Shown: in pieces, positions 37,343-45,800 of the stretch
Layout of the letters: every line of letters begins with the position of its first letter
How positions within the stretch are numbered: position 1 is the stretch's first letter
Assembly: GCA_041650335.1 (NCBI GenBank)
Contig: JBAZLK010000002.1
Span: forward strand, 124,070-188,069
DNA from: Patescibacteria group bacterium
Lineage (GTDB): Bacteria; Patescibacteriota; Patescibacteriia; JAHIZJ01
Direction of reading: 5' to 3'
DNA: 64,000 nucleotides
Notes under the pieces: model-generated
The model's database searches: none
Told to the model about the DNA's origin: nothing
The model's input: the letters and a program-made list of their open reading frames with translations, nothing else
Position numbers and translations under genes: made by a program

Positions 37343-37945
37343 TTATTCGTTCACACTAATACTTTCAAGGATCGTGCTATACGTATCACGTACGTTTTCT
37401 AAGTCATCAGCGGTAAAAGTTGAGATTGATCCTGTTGGAGTCGATGGAGCGGTTTGTTCAATGTAGAAATTATACTTATCTCCTTGGTTGTCTTGAAATA
37501 TCGTGCTAATATACACACCAACACCGCTCAGCTTTTCAATACGATAACCTGGTAGTGAATGGAAGGTGATATTTTTAAGCGATGAACGATAGTCATCAGA
37601 TATTATCTGCTCCATATACGATTCTAGACTGGTGGCGTCTCGCGGTATGTTCTTGGTAAGATCATATTCCAGATCTCCAATGGCTGGATGCGTCATGATA
37701 GTAATTTGCCAGCTGGAACCACTAACTGTTTGTGGAACCATATCTGACCCTGTTGGAATACGTAATGTAACATTGTAATCTGTCAAAGTCTTCGTCTCGA
37801 AATCTGCGATGGTATAGTTATTTCTATTATTATTAATAATCGTAGCATTGTCATTTTGATTATTACGACCGTCGAGATAAAGCCACGCACCTACTGTGAT
37901 TGCAGCCATTATTACGACTGACCATAATACAACCTGTTTTTTCAT
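37343..37945 (-). CDS. hypothetical secreted protein (AT-rich)
   Basis: 200 aa with N-terminal signal anchor MKKQVVLWSVVIMAAITVGAWLY. No recognisable domain. Confidence 0.5.
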   Translation of the reverse strand: MKKQVVLWSVVIMAAITVGAWLYLDGRNNQNDNATIINNNRNNYTIADFETKTLTDYNVTLRIPTGSDMVPQTVSGSSWQITIMTHPAIGDLEYDLTKNIPRDATSLESYMEQIISDDYRSSLKNITFHSLPGYRIEKLSGVGVYISTIFQDNQGDKYNFYIEQTAPSTPTGSISTFTADDLENVRDTYSTILESISVNE

Positions 37946-38004
37946 TGTTTTTATAATAATAGTAATTTGTTAGAATAAGGGGAAGTTGGATTCCTCCCCC
38001 TAGT

Positions 38005-38625
38005 TTACCACACATTGTACTGTGAGAGGATATGACCCCACATCGGCAGAACGTGACGAGTAATCCTGTTGGATTCGATGAAATTTGAGTCGATCACATC
38101 CAGTCTTGTCGGATGTCCGACCCCATCCCTTTCCATAACCTGGAAAACGATGGCGGTATGAGGGATTCGTCCACCGGCATTTGATCGTTGAATGACCTGT
38201 CCGGGCCTCACCACGTTGATGCTTCGTGTCGCATAGGCATACCCGCTGGGCAGCGTGACTATCCCACCCGTCGCCCGTGAAACGATGGTGCTCCCAAACG
38301 ACTTACACTGCCCCCCGATGCCGACGCCAAGCCCACGATAATTCCAATCCCCCGCGAACCAGCAACCATCGTTACAGATAATCTCGTCCGAGGCACCCCA
38401 GTCGTTGTTGTTGTAGTGATCTCTCGAGAGAGCGTAGCAGATCTCACGATAGACTGCATACTCCCACTGCTCCGGAAGCTGTGATTGTGGTATTGGGAAA
38501 ATGCCGTTGGGCGGCCATTCCTCCTGTGACTCAGGTGATAACACACCTCCCCTCTTTCCGCAGCCAAGCAATAACCCTCCAGCAATTACCGGCAAGACCT
38601 TCAGAAAATCCCTGCGTGTGTTCAT
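38005..38625 (-). CDS. CHAP-domain-like peptidoglycan amidase/peptidase, Tat-type lipoprotein
   Basis: Start at MNTRRDFLKVLPVIAGGLLLGCG (RR motif plus lipobox). GGAGG SD. Cys/His pair GGQCKSFGSTIV ... PHTAIVFQV resembles the CHAP catalytic dyad. Confidence 0.5.
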   Translation of the reverse strand: MNTRRDFLKVLPVIAGGLLLGCGKRGGVLSPESQEEWPPNGIFPIPQSQLPEQWEYAVYREICYALSRDHYNNNDWGASDEIICNDGCWFAGDWNYRGLGVGIGGQCKSFGSTIVSRATGGIVTLPSGYAYATRSINVVRPGQVIQRSNAGGRIPHTAIVFQVMERDGVGHPTRLDVIDSNFIESNRITRHVLPMWGHILSQYNVW

Positions 38626-38650
38626 CCTCCTCTCCTTTTCTATTGGTAGT

Positions 38651-38752
38651 GTTGTCGAAAGAACGGGCAATCATTACGGTCTCATACCCCTTTCAGATAT
38701 GAAAAACCGGCCAATGCCCGTCGCGTTGGATCTCTTGGTAAAAAAATAAACG
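38651..38752 (-). repeat. conserved leader element, copy B (leader module only; about 25 nt upstream of the CHAP gene start)
   Basis: Near-identical to copies A and C across about 95 nt (gttgtcgaaagaacgggcaatcattacggtctcatacccctttcagatatgaaaaaccggccaatgcccgtcgcgttggatctcttggtaaaaaaataaacga). Confidence 0.7.
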
Positions 38753-38915
38753 AACTGACTTCAGTATAATTTATGGCTCTCGATTATCGACTGATACTAA
38801 TATATGGTTTCTATTGCAGTAATTGCCGTAGAAACCGCGGTCCGATCGCCTTGCTAGCTACCCCATCCGATTGGCCCAGTCTTTTTAGCGGACACACAAC
38901 CACTTCTTCGCTATA

Positions 38916-39557
38916 TTACTTAAGGCTCACCGATTCAGCAATCGTCATCAGCGTTTCTTCAGAAACGTCGTTTGAGATTAGTACCAGTATTTCGTTCGAG
39001 GTAATAAAATACAGGTATTGCCCAACCGCACCGCCAACCCCATTTCCCTGGTGGGTGAGTACAATTGTGTTTAGGCCGACGACGCGCGTTTCGTTTCTGA
39101 CAATAGTTTCACCAGGCATGTTCCGCTCAATCCACGGCGCCAGCCGACCCCATTGGTCAGATGAAATATTTTCATCGTTGGTATAAACTGCCAGGTGCAT
39201 GACGTCGTCCGCAAAGGTATTGAATCCATCGGGCGTATTACGGTTATGCCCCTCACTGGTGTTTTTATTTGTTCGAGAAAAACGAACCAATAAACTCTCT
39301 GTTTTAATTGGCGGCACGACCTGATAAGAAAACTCACTCGGCACGACAAGCGAAAAACCATAGCGAGCACTAATATACGCAGTCGTCTGTCCGGCGCTGT
39401 TTAACGGCCTAAATGCCGGATCGGCTTGCGTTTGACTGAGGCTAATTTGATCGGATGGTTCTGTTTTTGCCCGGCTGACCGCGAAAAGCCAGGCGCCAAG
39501 CACCACTGATAAAACCAGAATGACGGCAAAGGAAATGATGGTTGTTGGTTGTTTCAT
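38916..39557 (-). CDS. hypothetical signal-anchored protein
   Basis: 213 aa, N-terminal TM MKQPTTIISFAVILVLSVVLGAWLFAV. Confidence 0.5.
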   Translation of the reverse strand: MKQPTTIISFAVILVLSVVLGAWLFAVSRAKTEPSDQISLSQTQADPAFRPLNSAGQTTAYISARYGFSLVVPSEFSYQVVPPIKTESLLVRFSRTNKNTSEGHNRNTPDGFNTFADDVMHLAVYTNDENISSDQWGRLAPWIERNMPGETIVRNETRVVGLNTIVLTHQGNGVGGAVGQYLYFITSNEILVLISNDVSEETLMTIAESVSLK

Positions 39558-39639
39558 GGGTTGTATGCTTAATTATAGTTTATTTTATATCGTATCGTCA
39601 GAAAAGGGAAGTCGTTTTCACGGCTTCCAGGTAATCTCA

Positions 39640-40341
39640 CTATCGCCTGACTGGTACATATATCTTCCCCTGCGTAGCCCAGGAAGCCTCAAAGTCACTG
39701 ACCGAAATCTGTCTGTAACAGCCGTACGAGCTTCCCGGATCGTGTAGAATGACGTTTCCGTTCCAGCCAACTGCGAGAACCCAGTGTGCCGTTCCGCCGG
39801 AACTGACGATGCGGCCTTTTTTGATCATGACGCCGCAAATCACGGGATGTCCGTGCGCCACCTCGTTTATCACGTCATTGGCGCGATTGCCATAGTAGAC
39901 GGTGTAATGAAGTCCGTGGAATTCAGTCAGAAGGATGCCCAGGGCGTTTCGTCCGGAGAAGTTAGTGTACCATCCGTTGGGACTGTCGAAACGCGAATCA
40001 TCGAGGCGATCGGCTAAGAACTGATTTTCCGCGGTGATGACCCATGGTTCGACGTAGCCATTGTTAAAGTAGCCGCCCAGCATCACCCCGCAGGCCTGAC
40101 CGCAGTTCTTCGTGTTGTACTGATCGCCGGGCGGGAACTGGCGGAGCCAACGCATGTTGAGATGGAAACAGTAGCCAGGGTAGTCTGCCAGCAAACCGAC
40201 AATCGGTGCCAGTGAGTCCGGCAGCAACTGCTCTCCCGAGTGATCAACGGGTTCGGTTGATACGGCCTGCTCCTGCCCGCACCCCATAATTAACGTAAGG
40301 GGGAGAGCGAGAATAAGGCAGAAAAAACCGGAGCGTTTCAT
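39640..40341 (-). CDS. C39-like (papain-fold) cysteine peptidase domain lipoprotein
   Basis: Start at MKRSGFFCLILALPLTLIMGC (paralogous to the M23 signal peptide). Cys region NCGQACGVMLGGY and His region AHWVLAVGW resemble the Peptidase_C39-like catalytic dyad. Confidence 0.5.
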   Translation of the reverse strand: MKRSGFFCLILALPLTLIMGCGQEQAVSTEPVDHSGEQLLPDSLAPIVGLLADYPGYCFHLNMRWLRQFPPGDQYNTKNCGQACGVMLGGYFNNGYVEPWVITAENQFLADRLDDSRFDSPNGWYTNFSGRNALGILLTEFHGLHYTVYYGNRANDVINEVAHGHPVICGVMIKKGRIVSSGGTAHWVLAVGWNGNVILHDPGSSYGCYRQISVSDFEASWATQGKIYVPVRR

Positions 40342-40462
40342 TGGATTTACCTCCCTGTCGTACCGAACGACAGTGGTTGAGATGATGAGCAATAACACAC
40401 CCTGAAACCGAGACTCAACGCCTCCTTTTCCTCCTTTCTTAATAGAGACAGTAGCGATAGGT

Positions 40463-40638
40463 ATTGTCAAAAGAACGGGCAATCATTACGGTCTCATACC
40501 CCTTTCGGATATGCAAAACCGGCCAATGCCCGTCGCGTTGGATCTCTTGGTAAAAAAATAAACGAGCCGTGAAAGCCCGTCTTCTTTCTGCCTTTAGTAT
40601 GCGCCATCAATAATACCTGTCAATGTAGCTTATCCACC
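40463..40638 (-). repeat. conserved promoter plus leader element, copy C (upstream of C39-like lipoprotein gene)
   Basis: Has both modules. Promoter module rc GGTGGATAAgctacaTTGACA-17 nt-ATACTA then AGAAAGAAGACGGGCTTTCACGGCTCG; leader module as in copies A and B. Confidence 0.7.
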
Positions 40639-40662
40639 GACGGCTTTATGACGCGACGGCTG

Positions 40663-40698
40663 ATAAAAAAACGGACCACATGGTCCGTTTTATTTATT
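40663..40698. terminator. bidirectional rho-independent terminator
   Basis: AAAAAAACGGACCACATGGTCCGTTTTATTTATT. Confidence 0.7.
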
Positions 40699-40709
40699 AC
40701 TGCCTCGAC

Positions 40710-41336
40710 TTATTCGAGTTTTACGCTGTCAAAAATATCGCTCACCGTCTGACTCGCTTTGAGATAGGTAGCCGAGTCGGGATTTGGGTCAAATATTTCG
40801 GCTCGGATCTGCCAGATACCTGTTCCGGTCTGGATATAATAGGTGTGATATGAATCCGTGATCGGATTGCCCTGGAACCAAATCCATTGGCGGATGCCGA
40901 TATTCCCGTCGCGGTCATCCCGGGTACGGACTTTTTCGTTCGCTGTTTCGGATTTCGCATTGATAAAATCAGGCAATGAAAGATTTTCGGCGTTTGGCTC
41001 TTTGCTAATCGCCAGTCTGATAAGCGATTCAGTCACGTCTTGCTTCGAGAGCGGATCAGTGATGGTCGCCTGTTCAGTCGACTCAAGTTCGCCCACCGTC
41101 GTCGAGCCGTTTTCAGCCGAAATCGAAAGAAGCGTCAGATTTTTTGGGTACATGAAGGTAATTCCCTGCGCTTGGAACGTTTCGGTCAGCGGCGGCACTT
41201 CCGTATTTCTGTTTGTTTTCACAGAGCACATCGTGGTGGCGAAGCTCGGCACTGATTGCAAGCCATACATCACCGCCGCACCCCCGGTGAGCGCCGCCAG
41301 TAGAAAAATGACAAAGTACCAAAAATTTTTACGCAT
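40710..41336 (-). CDS. hypothetical secreted protein
   Basis: 208 aa with signal anchor MRKNFWYFVIFLLAALTGGAAVMYG. Confidence 0.5.
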   Translation of the reverse strand: MRKNFWYFVIFLLAALTGGAAVMYGLQSVPSFATTMCSVKTNRNTEVPPLTETFQAQGITFMYPKNLTLLSISAENGSTTVGELESTEQATITDPLSKQDVTESLIRLAISKEPNAENLSLPDFINAKSETANEKVRTRDDRDGNIGIRQWIWFQGNPITDSYHTYYIQTGTGIWQIRAEIFDPNPDSATYLKASQTVSDIFDSVKLE

Positions 41337-41466
41337 ACATAGCTATTTTAATGCCAAATGGTCAATATTCCCATATATTTGCGCTCCTGACGAACGGCAT
41401 GGGCGGCTTTTCGTGCTTGATAATAGTATACTACACTTATAATTTTTTTCATATGATATTTTCCCA

Positions 41467-41499
41467 GCAATAAAACGGGCACGAACTTGCGTTCGCGCC
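41467..41499 (-). terminator. rho-independent terminator after the 913-aa gene
   Basis: Minus sense GGGCGCGAACGCAAGTTCGTGCCC then GTTTTATTG. Confidence 0.55.
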
Positions 41500-41528
41500 C
41501 AGAGGACGTTTGTGCGATGTTTGTTTTC

Positions 41529-44270
41529 CTAACGGACCACGATCAGCCGGCGCTCGGATTGTTCGATGCCTGACCGGACGCGGCAGAAGTAGATGCCGCT
41601 CGCTACCCGCTGACCCTGATCGTCGCGGCCGTTCCAGATAATGGCCTGGGGTCCGGACGGCAGCTCGCCAGTGAACAGCGTCTGCACCCGCCGGCCGGAT
41701 ACGTCGTAGATCTCGACAGCCACCGGTTTCGCCTGGTTAAGGGTGAAGGAGATAGTCGTCGAGGGGTTGAGGGGATTCGGCGTGGCGGATAGCGTCTTGG
41801 CCATGCTGGCCGACGCCGACTGCCGCCACTGGACGCTGATGTCCCTCAGCCAGACTGAACCAGCGTCCTGGCCGAGGTAGAAGATGAGCTTCGCGGCCGG
41901 GTCGGTGACTTCCGGCCAGAACGGCAGGACGATCGGCTGATCGGCCGAGGCCAGAGTGAGATTGACGCCTTGCCACAGCGGCTTGGCACCGTTCGAACAC
42001 TCGATCACAGCCGTGATCGCGCACGGCGGATTAGCCGCGCCGGTAAAAACGAGCTCGCACGCGCTTCCGGCCTGCGTGTAAACCCAGTCCTGCGTGAGAG
42101 AAAGCTCGTGCCACTGCCGGGCATGGTCCACGCTCACTCTGAGAGTGTGATCGTCCTGGACCACCGGCACCAGCCAGTCGAGACCGGCCGGCTTGGTGAA
42201 TTGCCAGCAGTCAAGGCCGCGGGTGAAGCTGCCGTTGCTGATGAAGCTGCCCGGATCATCCTCGCCCGTGCAGGTTGGAGGTGGCGGGGGTGGTGGAGGC
42301 GGCGGACTGTCGTCAGACACGAGCCGGATATTGCGGATCCGGAACATGCTTCCGCCGGTCTCGCCGAACGCCCAGGTCAGCTTCGCCGTTGAAGCAGTCC
42401 TGGTAACGGTGATGGGAAAACGGTGCTCTTCCCAGCCGCCCGGCGACTGGCGATAATCCTGCCACAAACCGCAGTTGACGTACTGGCCGTTCACCTGCAC
42501 GGTCAGACCGAGCATAGTGTGGACGGTCCGCACGCTCTGCTGTTCATAGCTCAGGATCAGCTTCTCGCCGGCCGTGATCCGGGGCAGGGTTTGTGACAGC
42601 TGGACGCTCCAGATGTCGGCATTCCCGTGCATGACGAATTCGGCCATGGGCGTCGCCAGATTAATGTCGCAGTGCTCGGTCGGCCAGATCGGCGTTTCCC
42701 AGCAGTCGAGACAGCTCTCGAAGCTTCCGTTTGCGATAAGGTTGTCAGGAGAACGATAGCACTCGTCTGCCCCAGCCTTGGCCATCTTGTTCTCGTCCAC
42801 GCACCGGCTCAAGTCGATCTCGGAAACGGAATGTCCGTCCGTCTCTAAACGCCAGTGCTTGCCGCTTCGATGTTCGTAGAAGTCCTGGGTAATTTTACCG
42901 TCCATCTCGAACTGATCGGTGGTCGGATACCCAAACCTGTCTACGTCGCCGTGGCTTTCGAAATACGCCAGGATATTCCTGTCGTAGACGCAGTGGGCTT
43001 CAGCCGTACAGGAGTTATGGATAGCGCCGGCCGGATCATAGAAGATGATTGCCTTGGACCCGTCCGGACGCCTGAAGTCCTGAACGTCATAGCCGTCCCA
43101 GTTGTGGACCCGAGCCGTGCCGCTTCCGCCTGGAATAGCATGACCCAGATTCTGGGAGCCGCCGTTCCGGTTGTAGCACTCGGCAAAGAGATAGCTTGAT
43201 TCTGGGTGCCAGCCATTTTCGTAGTAGCCGGGGGCGCAGTTGGGATACCAGGCGAAATGCGGCAGACCATTGGCCCAGAGCATCACACCGTCCGTGCACT
43301 CCTGGATAGCGGAGATGCCGTCAAGCCGCGTAACGGCGTTCTCTTTGTAGTTTTGCTTGTAGTAACTTCGGAGATTCGATGGTACGTTGCTCTCGTCCCG
43401 GATCGGCATCTTGGCCGGGCATCTCGGGCCGCCACGCTGCGTCCAGAAAGTCCATAGGCCTGAATGCAAGACAATCGCGGCTCTGGCTCCTCCCAGCGCA
43501 TCGTAAACGATGGCGTTATCGCCGAAGAACCCGCCGTTGAAGTGCCAGATAGCGCAATTCTTCGGCATGCCCCGAGCGTCGTAGAGATCATTCGGATCCC
43601 AGGCGTAGTACCAGGGATGGCTGGAATTAGCCCGACGGGCTGCGTCCAAATCCCACATCTGATACTCAGGGTAACCAATCATGGCCGAGCCGTAGCGACT
43701 GTAAGCCTGGTCAAACAGGGCGGTGTTGCGGGAAACAACAATACTGCCATAGATAGGATTTCCACCGTCCGAAAAGCTTGATGAGATCGACTGGCCGTTT
43801 GGGTTGTCGCCTTGTTGTCGCTGATAATGGAGATGCGCGTTGTATCTTCCATCGGCATCACCCATCAAGCCGATTACCTGGCCAGCTTTTACCTCTTCAC
43901 CAGGCTTGACGAACAACTTCTCTAGATGTCCATTCAAACCCTCATCTTCTTCCGCGCCCTTGTAGCGAATAACCGCGCAGTTACCCCAATCGTCTTGGCC
44001 AGGTCGGTAATCCTGGGCATAAACAACCACTCCATCTTCAGTTGCGACGATGGGATAACCAATGTTTCGCTCCCTATAAAGTCCATTAACACAGAAATCC
44101 CACGCGAACTCAAGCTTGCTGCCTCGAAGATGGGTTGGGGTATCAGCGTTTCCTTGCCCACAAACCAATACAGTGCCACCGATGACGGGGAGATTCTGTT
44201 CAGCTACTGACGCGGATGAATACACAAAACCAAGCACCAAAAACAACCCCAGGATCGATGCTGACTTCAT
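41529..44270 (-). CDS. large secreted multidomain protein: N-terminal M23 peptidase domain, central beta-rich region, poly-Pro linker, C-terminal Por/FlgD-Ig-like sorting-type tail
   Basis: Signal peptide MKSASILGLFLVLGFVYSSASVA. M23 motifs (GTVLVCGQGN..., HLHYQ). An 11xPro run. The last ~85 aa, SATPNPLNPSTTISFTLNQAKPVAVEIYDVSGRRVQTLFTGELPSGPQAIIWNGRDDQGQRVASGIYFCRVRSG..., match the T9SS/FlgD-like C-terminal domain pattern. Confidence 0.7.
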   Translation of the reverse strand: MKSASILGLFLVLGFVYSSASVAEQNLPVIGGTVLVCGQGNADTPTHLRGSKLEFAWDFCVNGLYRERNIGYPIVATEDGVVVYAQDYRPGQDDWGNCAVIRYKGAEEDEGLNGHLEKLFVKPGEEVKAGQVIGLMGDADGRYNAHLHYQRQQGDNPNGQSISSSFSDGGNPIYGSIVVSRNTALFDQAYSRYGSAMIGYPEYQMWDLDAARRANSSHPWYYAWDPNDLYDARGMPKNCAIWHFNGGFFGDNAIVYDALGGARAAIVLHSGLWTFWTQRGGPRCPAKMPIRDESNVPSNLRSYYKQNYKENAVTRLDGISAIQECTDGVMLWANGLPHFAWYPNCAPGYYENGWHPESSYLFAECYNRNGGSQNLGHAIPGGSGTARVHNWDGYDVQDFRRPDGSKAIIFYDPAGAIHNSCTAEAHCVYDRNILAYFESHGDVDRFGYPTTDQFEMDGKITQDFYEHRSGKHWRLETDGHSVSEIDLSRCVDENKMAKAGADECYRSPDNLIANGSFESCLDCWETPIWPTEHCDINLATPMAEFVMHGNADIWSVQLSQTLPRITAGEKLILSYEQQSVRTVHTMLGLTVQVNGQYVNCGLWQDYRQSPGGWEEHRFPITVTRTASTAKLTWAFGETGGSMFRIRNIRLVSDDSPPPPPPPPPPTCTGEDDPGSFISNGSFTRGLDCWQFTKPAGLDWLVPVVQDDHTLRVSVDHARQWHELSLTQDWVYTQAGSACELVFTGAANPPCAITAVIECSNGAKPLWQGVNLTLASADQPIVLPFWPEVTDPAAKLIFYLGQDAGSVWLRDISVQWRQSASASMAKTLSATPNPLNPSTTISFTLNQAKPVAVEIYDVSGRRVQTLFTGELPSGPQAIIWNGRDDQGQRVASGIYFCRVRSGIEQSERRLIVVR

Positions 44271-44405
44271 GACCGGTTACCTCCTTCCGCATTGCGGATA
44301 CAAACATGTCAATGTGCTAACACCCTCTCAATTTCGAGAGGCCTTTCACTACCTGCTAACAGGCGGCGAAAGCGCTCTCGAAATGAAAATGTGTCGTTTC
44401 GCTTC

Positions 44406-45563
44406 TTACTCAGCTTTCAGGCTAAACATAATAGTATTAAACACATCGAGCATATCGTAATCAAACCAGGCCCCGAGTGAAATATTTATCAGATTTTCAT
44501 TCAGCTGGATATATGCTTCACGATGTATAGCATTTCCGGCATATTCATATTGGTATGCCTTCCCGCTTAGCGGTTGAGGAAGGTCGATTAGCTGATCATT
44601 AATACCCTTATCTCTTATCCATTTTTCCAGATCATTTGGTTTCGTTTTTTCCCATGAAATCGCAAATATGGGAGTTTCTGTCTCTCTATCAATATATTCT
44701 TTTTTTGTGATGTATAACGTATTTCCCTCCTGGTTTCTAATACCGTAATCAGAGGGATAAAGGAAAAAAAAGCCAAGCTCGCTATTCGTATACTTCTGCC
44801 AATTTGCCGTATCCAGTTTTGTACTCAGATCAAAGGCCATGTTGTTTGTAAATTCCAGACTTCGAGCGATCTGGTCGGCGGTATTGAGCAGGTTTTCATC
44901 GCCAGACAACACGACCGCTGAAAGTTCTAACACCTGTTGATTGTGTTTTATATAGTAGTTTGTTATTTTACCATCTAGCCATTCTGTATCGACTTGAACT
45001 TTCGGTGTTTTTCCGGTCGTGATTTTTTCGATTATGGCATCGTTACCGTCAATTGCCGTTTGCTCCGTTGTGACATCAAAATATATATCTCTGCGATTAA
45101 CTTTTAAATATTCGTCAAACCACCCTGTTAAACTTAAACTTGATATCTTGTAGACATGAACATCAACATTAATCTCACCCTTTTGAGGATGGTATACGTC
45201 TAGATTTTCAGAATAATTTTGAATGTATGCCGTTTGAATTCCTTGTGTTACTAATTGCACTTCTTCATCATTATCAATTTGGACAAGTTGCCACTCTTTC
45301 GGAAATTTCAATCTATAACTATATTTATCGTTTGTGTATATGTTCCAACCCGTCACCGGATCAATCGTAATGTTAACGTTGGTGTTCTGATTTGTTGTAT
45401 TTGTGTTTGCATTACCATTCACATTGCTATTGATATTCTGATTTGAATTAGTATTGATTTTTTTGTTAAATCCCCACCACACTGCGCCTCCAGCCAAGAT
45501 GATAACAATAACAATCAAGACAATGGCGATTGCAGAGACTCCTTTGTTGTTAAATTTCTTCAT
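44406..45563 (-). CDS. hypothetical membrane-anchored protein with Asn-rich low-complexity region (AT-rich)
   Basis: 385 aa. TM MKKFNNKGVSAIAIVLIVIVIILAGGAVWW, then NTNSNQNINSNVNGNANTNTTNQNTN. Confidence 0.5.
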   Translation of the reverse strand: MKKFNNKGVSAIAIVLIVIVIILAGGAVWWGFNKKINTNSNQNINSNVNGNANTNTTNQNTNVNITIDPVTGWNIYTNDKYSYRLKFPKEWQLVQIDNDEEVQLVTQGIQTAYIQNYSENLDVYHPQKGEINVDVHVYKISSLSLTGWFDEYLKVNRRDIYFDVTTEQTAIDGNDAIIEKITTGKTPKVQVDTEWLDGKITNYYIKHNQQVLELSAVVLSGDENLLNTADQIARSLEFTNNMAFDLSTKLDTANWQKYTNSELGFFFLYPSDYGIRNQEGNTLYITKKEYIDRETETPIFAISWEKTKPNDLEKWIRDKGINDQLIDLPQPLSGKAYQYEYAGNAIHREAYIQLNENLINISLGAWFDYDMLDVFNTIMFSLKAE

Positions 45564-45800
45564 GGTTATTCTCCCTGTCTAAAAAGTAAATAACGACATC
45601 CATTGAAGGATCCCGTCTTTCCTTTTTTCATTAATAATATTCAATTGTTTAGGTTGTTTTGTTTGCATTATTTAGTGTAAAGCAAAGGTCATCTTTTGTC
45701 AAATAAAAACATTAACTAACTAGGAAAGAAAACGCAGCCTAGTCGTTCGTGAAAAAATATATATTACGCATTTACGATCGACGCAATTCCTGCCCGATTA

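Noticed and set aside
37122-40560. Assigning the leader module to a known riboswitch class (glycine, c-di-GMP, yybP-ykoY, fluoride, ZTP, preQ1)
   Set aside because: Only superficial resemblance (e.g. CCGAAAGGGG versus the glycine-aptamer CACCGAAGGGGCAA) without the other conserved segments of those classes. Left as an unclassified structured leader.
42193-42456. Poly-G/poly-Gly run and other long antisense ORFs (e.g. 18995..19651, 20246..20962, 59293..59889, 60942..61496, 5186..5770)
   Set aside because: These are shadow ORFs on the plus strand of high-GC minus-strand genes. The G-run is simply the complement of the poly-Pro codons (CCN)11. None has an SD or domain.
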